The notes below the pieces were generated by a model. That model saw only the letters and a program-made list of their open reading frames with translations. It did not search any database and was not told where the DNA came from. DNA of 64,000 nucleotides, taken from contig JAJFTV010000119.1 in the NCBI GenBank assembly GCA_021372725.1, forward strand, positions 119 to 64,118, read 5' to 3'. Positions within the stretch are counted from its first letter, which is position 1; each line of letters starts with the position of its first letter. Both the position numbers and the translations under genes were made by a program. This DNA is from Chloroflexota bacterium. Its GTDB lineage: Bacteria; Chloroflexota; Anaerolineae; Anaerolineales; Anaerolineaceae. This document shows, in pieces, positions 9,873-17,530 of the stretch.

Positions 9873-9914
9873 GAACACTTTAAACCCATCACCCTCCGCC
9901 TGATATTATCAAAA

Positions 9915-9973
9915 CTCTCACAATTCACGTGACTTCAGAGAATTAACTCTCCGTATTTGCGTGAATTTGGAGA
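9915..9973 (+). repeat. hairpin repeat, copy 1 (degenerate left arm)
   Basis: 9937-9973 (AGAGAATTAACTCTCCGTATTTGCGTGAATTTGGAGA) matches 11327-11363 with 2 mismatches in 37 nt. The left arm 9915-9936 is a decayed complement. Confidence 0.75.
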
Positions 9974-10006
9974 ACGTTTTTCGCAAGATTATGCTATACT
10001 CAATGT

Positions 10007-11143
10007 ATGTATACAATCCCACGTTTGATCAGGCCGCAAATTATTCACCGATTACAAACAACTTCAAAAGCCGTTATCATCTATGGCCCACGACAGGTGG
10101 GCAAAACCACCCTGGTCATGAATCTTCTGAAAGAAATATCAAATAATCCTTTGATCGTTACGGCTGATGAAAAAAAATATATCGACGTTTTTTCCAGTAA
10201 AGACCTAAGTATCATTAAATCCTTGGTATCAGGATATGATACGATTTTTCTTGATGAAGCTCAGCGTATTCCTGATATCGACATTGCGATAAAGTTGATA
10301 ATTGATCAAATGCCAGGTTTAAAGGTTATCGTTACAGGTTCATCCTCGTTAGATTTAGCCAATCAGGTTTCTGAACCGCTTACGGGACGTGCCTGGTTTT
10401 ATAATCTATATCCGATATCCATCTCCGAGCTGAGACAAATAAAAAATGATTTTGAGATAAACGACCAATTGGAAGACAGATTAATTTATGGTTCGTATCC
10501 AGAGTTATGGGCTTACGAATCTAACCGTGATAAACAGAAATACCTGCAAACAATTCGGTCAGCATATTTATATAAAGATATCTTAAACCTGGCTGATATT
10601 AAGCATACGGCCAAACTCGAAGACTTGTTGAAATTATTGGCTTTTCAAATTGGTAGCGAAGTTTCGTTGAATGAATTGGCAACTTCACTTCAGATTAGTA
10701 AGGAAACCGTTGATCGTTATATTAACTTGCTTGAAAAATCATTTATTGTTTTCCGCCGAAAAGGTTTTAGTCGAAACTTGCGAAAAGAAGTAACAAAAAT
10801 GGACAAAATTTATTTTTATGATTTAGGAATTCGCAATGTGCTGATAGACAATTTGAAATCAATTCAAAATCGTGATGATTTAGGAAAATTATGGGAAAAT
10901 TTCCTGATGGTTGAGCGAAAAAAACACATGGATTACACCGACAAACTTTATAGCGCCTACTTTTGGAGGACCTATACAGGAGCAGAAATTGATTACGTGG
11001 AAGAACAGGATGGGATATTGTCGGGATTTGAATTTAAGTATCAAAGCAAGGGGAAAAAAGCGCCTGCCACCTTTTTAACAACCTATGCCAACAGCCAATT
11101 TTTTGAAATTTCCAAAGATAATTACTTGCAATTTATTGCATGA
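10007..11143 (+). CDS. AAA-family ATPase with DUF4143-type C-terminal domain (COG1373-like)
   Basis: Walker A GPRQVGKTT, Walker B IFLDEAQ, length and C-terminal pattern. The coding region is markedly A+T-rich: hand counts of two 60-nt lines give 30-33% GC. Confidence 0.75.
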   Translation: MYTIPRLIRPQIIHRLQTTSKAVIIYGPRQVGKTTLVMNLLKEISNNPLIVTADEKKYIDVFSSKDLSIIKSLVSGYDTIFLDEAQRIPDIDIAIKLIIDQMPGLKVIVTGSSSLDLANQVSEPLTGRAWFYNLYPISISELRQIKNDFEINDQLEDRLIYGSYPELWAYESNRDKQKYLQTIRSAYLYKDILNLADIKHTAKLEDLLKLLAFQIGSEVSLNELATSLQISKETVDRYINLLEKSFIVFRRKGFSRNLRKEVTKMDKIYFYDLGIRNVLIDNLKSIQNRDDLGKLWENFLMVERKKHMDYTDKLYSAYFWRTYTGAEIDYVEEQDGILSGFEFKYQSKGKKAPATFLTTYANSQFFEISKDNYLQFIA

Positions 11144-11305
11144 ATCGAAATGTTGTATCGGTTCATTTAGATGATGAAGGCCCGTTCATTAAAAACTGAT
11201 CGTTGAAACTTATTCCTCGATTGGCAAATTTTTCCCATTCAATTCCCCGCAGGCCAAGGTAACGAGGAGAAGTAGCGCCAATCTTGAAGCCTGCCATTAA
11301 TTCAC

Positions 11306-11363
11306 TCTCCAAATTCACGCAAATATAGAGATTTAACTCTCCATATTTGCGTGAATTTGGAGA
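11306..11363 (+). repeat. hairpin repeat, copy 2 (perfect 21-bp stem, 16-nt loop)
   Basis: TCTCCAAATTCACGCAAATAT (11306-11326) is the exact reverse complement of ATATTTGCGTGAATTTGGAGA (11343-11363). Confidence 0.8.
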
Positions 11364-11514
11364 GACAATTTATGAATGGGTTGAACAGGAAAAAATGTTG
11401 CCTTCCAAAATACATGGCTCAGCCGACACCCTCTGTACCAGGCGATGGATACCAGAAGGAGGATGAATCAGGATTGACCCGCTCATTTTTTTGAGTATAA
11501 TAAGAGTCCGGAAC

Positions 11515-11587
11515 GGCTCACTAGCTCAACTGGCAGAGCAATTGACTCTTAATCAATCGGTTCAGGGTTCGAGTCCCTGGTGAGTCA
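11515..11587 (+). tRNA. tRNA-Lys (anticodon CTT)
   Basis: Manual cloverleaf: acceptor GGCTCAC/GTGAGTC, D arm GCTC-AACTGGCA-GAGC, anticodon arm ATTGA-CTCTTAA-TCAAT, T arm CAGGG-TTCGAGT-CCCTG, discriminator A. No encoded CCA. TATAAT about 15 nt upstream. Confidence 0.9.
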
Positions 11588-11635
11588 CAGTACAAACGGT
11601 GTGTGGCGGGAACGCCGCCCCCATGCGCAATTATA

Positions 11636-11675
11636 GAGAAGAGCCCACCGAATGGCAGGCTCTTCTCCTGTTTAT
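11636..11675 (+). terminator. stem-loop downstream of tRNA-Lys (possible terminator)
   Basis: 10-bp perfect stem GAGAAGAGCC/GGCTCTTCTC (11636-11645 / 11658-11667) followed by CTGTTTATT. Confidence 0.45.
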
Positions 11676-11826
11676 TCCCCCTGAAAATTTGCCAGGGGTA
11701 TTTCATAAACCTGTTCCCGGCTGGATGAGCCAGTAATTCATCATGAATTAAGAATCACCATCCTTTTTCCCCGCCTTAAAGGATGGGAAAACAGGCACAA
11801 ACCCTGACATCCCCTTTCTCAGTCTG

Positions 11827-12540
11827 TTATTTCGCCCCCAGATACACCTTCTGCATCATCTCGTTTTGCAGCAGGTTCTGCGAGGTATCCTGCAAGACGA
11901 TTTCACCGCTCTGGATCACATACCCGCGGCTGGCCACCGAGAGCGCCTTGAGAGCGTTTTGTTCAACCAGCAGGATGGTCATGTTTTCCTTGTTGATGGT
12001 CAGGATGAGTTCAAAAACTTCATCCACCAAAATCGGCGCCAGCCCCATCGATGGTTCATCCATCAGCAGCAGCCTGGGGCGCGCCATCAATGCCCTGGCC
12101 ATGGCCAGCATTTGCTGCTCACCACCGGATAATGTTCCGGCCAGTTGCCTCCGGCGGTCCTTCAGGCGTGGAAACAACACAAATTGTTGCTCCATGTCTG
12201 CCAGGATTTCTGCTTTTCCGTGCCGGGTATAGGCGCCCATTTCCAGGTTTTCCTGTACTGTCAGGCGGGCGAATACCCCCCGTCCTTCCGGCACCATGGT
12301 GACGCCCAATTGGGTCACCTTATGGGGTGGTATGTTCTGAATATCTTTGCCGTTGAAACTCACCCGCCCCTTTTGGATTTTGTTCAAACCGCAGATGCTG
12401 CGTAATGCAGTTGTCTTGCCGGCACCGTTTGACCCGATCAACGAAACGATCTCGCCCTGTTCCACGTTCAGCGAAATGCCCTTCAGCGCATGAATATTTC
12501 CATAATAAGTATGCAGATTCTCCACTTCAAGAAGCGGCAT
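11827..12540 (-). CDS. livF: branched-chain amino acid ABC transporter ATP-binding protein LivF-type
   Basis: Walker A GSNGAGKTT, LSGGEQQ signature, LLMDEPS. The likely start is MPLLEVENL (12540), overlapping the livG stop. Confidence 0.85.
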   Translation of the reverse strand: MPLLEVENLHTYYGNIHALKGISLNVEQGEIVSLIGSNGAGKTTALRSICGLNKIQKGRVSFNGKDIQNIPPHKVTQLGVTMVPEGRGVFARLTVQENLEMGAYTRHGKAEILADMEQQFVLFPRLKDRRRQLAGTLSGGEQQMLAMARALMARPRLLLMDEPSMGLAPILVDEVFELILTINKENMTILLVEQNALKALSVASRGYVIQSGEIVLQDTSQNLLQNEMMQKVYLGAK

Positions 12541-13327
12541 AAGTTTGCTCCTTTTGTTCTCCCGCAGCTCCACGACCCAGATAAGCTTCGATGACCCTGC
12601 GATTTTTCTGAATTTCCTGGGATTTGCCTTCGGCTATTTTCTCGCCATAATCCAGCACGGTGATCCACTCACTGATTTCCATCACCAGGCGCATATCATG
12701 CTCGATTAATAAAATCGTAATACCCAGGTCGTCCCGCAGTTGGCGGATGAAACAAGTCATCTCCATTGTTTCCTGAGGGTTCATCCCGGCAGTCGGTTCG
12801 TCCAGCATCAACAGCCGTGGCTTGCTGGCCAATGCGCGGGCAATCTCCAGCCGGCGCTGTGCACCGTAAGGCAGGTTGTGAGCCGGTAAATCGCCGGCGT
12901 CTTTGAGACCCACAAAGTACAGCAGTCTGCGTGCCTCCTGCACGGCCGCTTTTTCCTCCTGCCAGAAACGAGGCGTCCGTAAGGCGGCATCAAAAACATT
13001 GGCCCGTAAATGTTGATGTTCACCGACCAAAATATTCTCCAGGGCCGTCATGCTGGCAAATAATCGTATATTCTGATAGGTTCTGGATATACCCTGCCGC
13101 GCGATCTTGTCAGGGGAAAGCCCCTTGATCGAGAGGCCGGCCAGTTGGATGTCACCTTCTTCAAAGGGATAGTAGCCTGTAATACAGTTGAAAAAGGTGG
13201 TTTTCCCTGCCCCATTGGGGCCGATAATGCTGGAAATTGTCTGTGACCTGACATCAATATCCAGGTTCTTTACCGCCACCAACCCGCCAAATCTTTTGGT
13301 AACCTTTGTGGATTTGAGAATGTCCAT
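12527..13327 (-). CDS. livG: branched-chain amino acid ABC transporter ATP-binding protein LivG-type
   Basis: GPNGAGKTTFFN Walker A, LPYGAQRRLEIARAL and LMLDEPTAG motifs. Confidence 0.85.
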   Translation of the reverse strand: MDILKSTKVTKRFGGLVAVKNLDIDVRSQTISSIIGPNGAGKTTFFNCITGYYPFEEGDIQLAGLSIKGLSPDKIARQGISRTYQNIRLFASMTALENILVGEHQHLRANVFDAALRTPRFWQEEKAAVQEARRLLYFVGLKDAGDLPAHNLPYGAQRRLEIARALASKPRLLMLDEPTAGMNPQETMEMTCFIRQLRDDLGITILLIEHDMRLVMEISEWITVLDYGEKIAEGKSQEIQKNRRVIEAYLGRGAAGEQKEQTYAAS

Positions 13328-13333
13328 TTTTTA

Positions 13334-14374
13334 TCACTCCTTACCCAGCGGGCTGCCGGCATTGTGATGATCGATCCCATCCGCTCCTTCAAGGTTCGGT
13401 CGACGTGCCGGAATGAAACCATTTGGGCGGGCGATCATCATCACAATCAGGAGAAAACCAAACAACAACATCCGGTAGTCGGAGAACTGCCGCAGGACGT
13501 CTGGCAAGGTAATCAAGGCGATGGAACCCAAAATAACCCCCGGCACACTGCCGATCCCGCCGATAATCACCAGGCAGAGTACATTAATGGAAACCATCAG
13601 ATTGAAATTATCCGGAAAGATGGAGCTTTGCCATGATGCAAAAATCGCTCCCCCCAGGCCGGCGATCATCGCCCCCAAACCAAAAGACAAAAGCTTTGAC
13701 GATGTAGTGTTGATCCCCATCATCTGGGCCACATCTTCGTCCTCCCGCAATGCGGTCCATGCCCGCCCTGTCCGGGAGTTGTTGAGCCTGCTGACCAAAA
13801 TAATGATCCCTGTCAGAATAATGAGGATCAGATAATAAAAATGAACGCCGGTTTTCAGTTCAAGACCGAAGAGCACCGGCGGATCAATGTTGATGAGACC
13901 CTGTGAGCCGTTGGTGATGCCTTTAAGGTTTGTGGCCAGAATACGAACAATCTCACCAAAGCCAAGCGTAACAATCGCCAGGTAATCACCGCGCATCCTC
14001 AGCACAGGGATACATAAGAGCACCCCGGCAATGCCTGCCACCAGCGCAGCTATCGGAAGCATGACCCAGAAGGAGAGATGGATGCCAAACTGGTTCGAGG
14101 CCAGCAGACCATAGGTATAGGCACCGATTGCGTAAAAAGCAACATAACCCAAATCCAGTTGGCCGGCAAAACCAACCTGTACATTAAGTCCCAGACCCAG
14201 GATGATATACAGGCCTGTATAAGCGGCAACCCGCACCCAAAATGCACTCTGTGGAAATTTCAAGAGCGGGAAACCGATCACCAACACTCCCGCCAGGATA
14301 TAGATAACCCAGCGAACCGGAGAATGGAGGATTTTTGTCCATAACAAACGTGTCTTTTCCGATATCCGCCGCAT
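13334..14374 (-). CDS. livM: branched-chain amino acid ABC transporter permease LivM-type
   Basis: Polytopic. GQLDLGYVAFYAIGAY motif typical of LivM. Operon context. Confidence 0.8.
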   Translation of the reverse strand: MRRISEKTRLLWTKILHSPVRWVIYILAGVLVIGFPLLKFPQSAFWVRVAAYTGLYIILGLGLNVQVGFAGQLDLGYVAFYAIGAYTYGLLASNQFGIHLSFWVMLPIAALVAGIAGVLLCIPVLRMRGDYLAIVTLGFGEIVRILATNLKGITNGSQGLINIDPPVLFGLELKTGVHFYYLILIILTGIIILVSRLNNSRTGRAWTALREDEDVAQMMGINTTSSKLLSFGLGAMIAGLGGAIFASWQSSIFPDNFNLMVSINVLCLVIIGGIGSVPGVILGSIALITLPDVLRQFSDYRMLLFGFLLIVMMIARPNGFIPARRPNLEGADGIDHHNAGSPLGKE

Positions 14375-14377
14375 CGC

Positions 14378-15394
14378 TTACATCCTTTCTTCTGAAACAG
14401 CCCGGCCGAAGATGCCCGTGGGTTTGAAGATTAAAGTCAAAATCAGCAAACTGAAGGCAACAACATCTTTATAAACCGTCGGCAGGATTTGCATTCCCAA
14501 CGCCTCGGCGAGCCCCAAAACATATCCACCCAGCATGGCCCCGGGCACATTTCCAATACCGCCCATCACCGCTGCCGTAAATGCTTTAATACCGGGTGTA
14601 AAACCCATGGTAGGTTTGATCTGCAAATAGAACAAACCCATCATGACACCTGCAATTCCTGCCAGTGCTGACCCGATCAAAAACGTACGTGAAATCACCT
14701 GATTTACATCAATCCCCATCAGGGCAGCCGTGTCCTTATTTTCCGATACTGCACGCATGGCTTTTCCAAGTCGAGTGCGTTGCACCAAAAGATACAACAC
14801 TAACATGCTCACCAGGGAGACTGCCATTACAATCAGCCGGCTATGAGAAATGGAAATATCTCCCAATTGAAGGCTCGCAGTCCCCAACACATTGGGGTAG
14901 GCTTTTACCTTTGCTCCTCCCAACTGGTCAAAAATGCCTGCAAGATTTGCCTGCACCTCCAACGGAATGATCGCTTTCCCATTGATCGCAATACCGGCGA
15001 TCCCTTTTGCAATATTCGGCAGCAACCTGACAAACTCCTGCAAAAAAATGGAAGCTCCGATTGCACTGATGAGTGGAGCCAGACGTCCCGCACGGCGCAA
15101 CGGCCGATAAGCGAAGCGTTCCACCGTAATACCGGTGATTGCGGACCCCGCCATACCGGCCAGCACCGTCAGAATAACCGCTATCAGTGGGGATTTTGCA
15201 TATAACCCGGCATCCGTCAGACGGTTGAGGGTGAAAAGACCGGAATACGCTCCCATCATCAAGATCTCTCCATGGGCAAAGTTGATCATTTTCAGCACGC
15301 CATACACCATCGTATAACCGAGTGCGATCAGGGCATAGAAGCTGCCCACCGTTAACCCATTTATTAATTGTTCAAATAAATTATTCCAATCCAT
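14378..15394 (-). CDS. livH: branched-chain amino acid ABC transporter permease LivH-type
   Basis: MDWNNLFEQLINGLTVGSFYALIALGYTMVYG is a typical LivH N-terminus. The internal Met start at 15394 is preferred over 15439. Confidence 0.8.
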   Translation of the reverse strand: MDWNNLFEQLINGLTVGSFYALIALGYTMVYGVLKMINFAHGEILMMGAYSGLFTLNRLTDAGLYAKSPLIAVILTVLAGMAGSAITGITVERFAYRPLRRAGRLAPLISAIGASIFLQEFVRLLPNIAKGIAGIAINGKAIIPLEVQANLAGIFDQLGGAKVKAYPNVLGTASLQLGDISISHSRLIVMAVSLVSMLVLYLLVQRTRLGKAMRAVSENKDTAALMGIDVNQVISRTFLIGSALAGIAGVMMGLFYLQIKPTMGFTPGIKAFTAAVMGGIGNVPGAMLGGYVLGLAEALGMQILPTVYKDVVAFSLLILTLIFKPTGIFGRAVSEERM

Positions 15395-15550
15395 ATCCAC
15401 TCTCACTAAATCCAGTTTTCCACACCCTTCATTACCCATGCGTACGACAGGCCTGTTTTCTTCCAGTCATATACTGACCTGGAAAGAACAGAAAAAAACG
15501 GCCCGATGTTATCAACCACGTTGTTTTTCATGCCAGGTGTTGGCGGTAAG

Positions 15551-15579
15551 GGCTGTCTGGAAAGAACAACCAGACAGCC
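15551..15579 (-). other. intercistronic stem-loop between the SBP gene and the permease genes
   Basis: Perfect 10-bp stem GGCTGTCTGG/CCAGACAGCC with a 9-nt loop, 48 nt downstream of the livK-like stop. No U-tract follows. Confidence 0.4.
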
Positions 15580-15626
15580 CTCAAGGCCTTGAAAAAATCA
15601 ATCTTTGTCAGGAACCTTATACGGCA

Positions 15627-16952
15627 TTATTGACCAAAATCGACCGTCTTGACGGGTACGAAATCACCACTTTGTGCCTGGAAAACAGTGATGGATACTG
15701 CACCCAGATCCCCGGTCTCTGTGAACTCGAGATGTCCGGTGACCCCTTCAAATGGCGTCTCGCGGATTTTATCAGCAAGCGCCTTGCGGCCGATGACAAG
15801 GTTGCCATCTGCATCCACGTACCCAACCGCCGCAGCGGCCTGGAGCAGGATACGGGCCGAATCAAATGAACCCGGGCCATACGCAACCGGGGCGCCATAC
15901 TTTTCGGTGAACGCTGCCTCAAATTCTTCATACCCCGTGGAACCACCCACGGCGCCAAAGGTGGCATAACTGCCCTCGGCTGCTCCGCCAGAGGCTTCAA
16001 TATATGAGGGAACTGATTTGATACCATCAGGGCCCATGAACACCCCTTCATATTGTGCTGAACGAAGCTGGGTAATCAACAACGCGCCTTCTGCATCCAT
16101 ACCGCCGAAGTAGATCGCCTGGGGATTACCCGCAGTCACCACACCAATGACCCCGCTAAAGTCCACGTCGCCGCGGGTCAGCCCTTCAAATGCTGTGACC
16201 GTACCGCCAGATGCCTCAAATTTATCCTTGACGGCCTGGGCAATCCCTTCGCCGTAGACACTCTGGTCATGGACGATTGCCAGTGTGGTGAGGCCCAGAT
16301 CCTGGGTGAGAAAATCCACCGTCACCTTGGCCTGCAAGTCATCATTGGCCACAGTACGGAATACAGAATCAAAACCCATGTCAGTCACAAGTACCGCAGT
16401 GGATGAAGGTGTGATCATGATGATGTGGTTTTCGCCGTAAACTTTTTCTGCTGCCACCACAGTACCCGAACACATCGGGCCAATGACCCCCAGCAGGGTG
16501 GTATCTGTGGCAAACTTTTCAGCCACCGTTACCCCCGGTGCGCCTTCGCAGCCGTCATCCCCGCCTTCCACAACCACCTTCCAGCCCTGCAAATCACCGA
16601 ATTGTTCCACGGCAAGCTCAACTGCATTGAGCATATCCTGACCATAGGCGGCATACCCGGCCGTCAATGCTGAAGACACACCAATTTTAACCTCGGCTCC
16701 CGGTGCAAAAACAAGTTCCCCCCACTCATCAGCAGGGTGTTCTTCGGTTGGTACAGCTTCGGTTGATGAAGCAGCAGCGGGTACGGCAGTATCCGCTGCG
16801 GGTACAGCGGTATCTGCTGCCACTTCCTCGGTGGCAGTTGCTTCTGTGACGTTTTCCGTTGCCGGTGTTTCCGTTGCCGCAGGCGAACAGGCCGCAAACA
16901 GAAAACTTGTGATAACCAGCATGGATAGAAATACAAAAAATCTTTTTGACAT
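15627..16952 (-). CDS. amino-acid ABC transporter substrate-binding lipoprotein (LivK/Peripla_BP_6 type)
   Basis: Lipobox LFAACS, Ala/Thr/Glu-rich linker with ADTAVPA duplicated, then a type-I periplasmic binding fold pattern. GGAGGAG RBS. Confidence 0.8.
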   Translation of the reverse strand: MSKRFFVFLSMLVITSFLFAACSPAATETPATENVTEATATEEVAADTAVPAADTAVPAAASSTEAVPTEEHPADEWGELVFAPGAEVKIGVSSALTAGYAAYGQDMLNAVELAVEQFGDLQGWKVVVEGGDDGCEGAPGVTVAEKFATDTTLLGVIGPMCSGTVVAAEKVYGENHIIMITPSSTAVLVTDMGFDSVFRTVANDDLQAKVTVDFLTQDLGLTTLAIVHDQSVYGEGIAQAVKDKFEASGGTVTAFEGLTRGDVDFSGVIGVVTAGNPQAIYFGGMDAEGALLITQLRSAQYEGVFMGPDGIKSVPSYIEASGGAAEGSYATFGAVGGSTGYEEFEAAFTEKYGAPVAYGPGSFDSARILLQAAAAVGYVDADGNLVIGRKALADKIRETPFEGVTGHLEFTETGDLGAVSITVFQAQSGDFVPVKTVDFGQ

Positions 16953-17113
16953 TGAACTCCTCCAGAATATTGATGATAGATACGAACCGGGTGATTAGTT
17001 CTTCAGAACCCGGGGCTCATTCCGGCAAAACCCCTTATTATTCAATAAGACCACCTCCCTCTTGTGATATTTTTAGGCGCCTTTTTCAGATTTTTCATCC
17101 GGCTATTTTTTCG

Positions 17114-17155
17114 AAAAAAAACCCGCTCTTTCTTTCGATTGAGCGGGTTTTTTTT
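17114..17155 (-). terminator. bidirectional intrinsic terminator
   Basis: A8-ACCCGCTC-loop-GAGCGGGT-T8 (stem 17121-17128 / 17141-17148), with U-tracts on both strands. Confidence 0.8.
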
Positions 17156-17181
17156 GATTCTCTGTGATTACTTGTCTGCTT

Positions 17182-17286
17182 CTACTTCCTCGTGTACCTT
17201 AAACCAGCCCAATCCGGTGATTTTCTCCAGATAAGAATCATATAAAAGCTGACAATAAGGACGGAAAGAGAAATTGTAGTTATCAT
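17182..17286 (-). CDS. candidate 34-aa hydrophobic small protein (MITTISLSVLIVSFYMILIWRKSPDWAGLRYTRK)
   Basis: Below the track's size cut-off. The ATG lies about 15 nt downstream of a consensus promoter. One TM segment plus a basic tail. The terminator is 27 nt after the stop. No SD, so it would be a short-leader mRNA. Confidence 0.35.
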   Translation of the reverse strand: MITTISLSVLIVSFYMILIWRKSPDWAGLRYTRK

Positions 17287-17301
17287 TTTGAAATTCCAGC
17301 C

Positions 17302-17355
17302 ATTATACACGAATAAGTAATCCTGTCAATAGGCAAATATTTGCCTGTTGACAGG
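17302..17355 (-). promoter_or_regulatory. consensus sigma-70-type promoter (TTGACA-16-TATAAT) with the -35 inside a 34-bp palindrome
   Basis: Minus strand: -35 TTGACA (17324-17329) and -10 TATAAT (17302-17307). The palindrome CCTGTCAATAGGCAAAT/ATTTGCCTGTTGACAGG (17322-17355) has 1 mismatch. Confidence 0.6.
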
Positions 17356-17398
17356 ATACGAGTGTGTTGAAAAAGTGCCCAAAGTTTGGGATCTGCTA

Positions 17399-17492
17399 AA
17401 CCCCACCCCTTTATCCCCGCCACTGTTGGGCGGGGAAACTACTTTCTGGGTTTTTTTGAGCCGAAAAACGGCTCAAAAAAACCCAGAGAAAG
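17399..17492 (+). repeat. modular repeat element, copy B (hairpin modules only)
   Basis: Hairpin 1 is CCCCGCC/GGCGGGG (17415-17435). Hairpin 2 is 17442-17463 / 17469-17492 with loop AAAAA. It shares GAAACTACTTT..TTTTTGAGCCG..CGGCTCAAAAA with copy A. Confidence 0.7.
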
Positions 17493-17530
17493 GGATTTTC
17501 ATACTCATTTTTTACATCACCATTAATAAT

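Noticed and set aside
9915-11363. Hairpins flanking the ATPase gene as integron attC sites (a CALIN-like cassette)
   Set aside because: The downstream hairpin is a perfect 21-bp stem without the extrahelical bases and R/L-box asymmetry typical of attC. Only one cassette is present, and there is no intI or attI in the window. I kept it as a generic repeat-flanked island instead.
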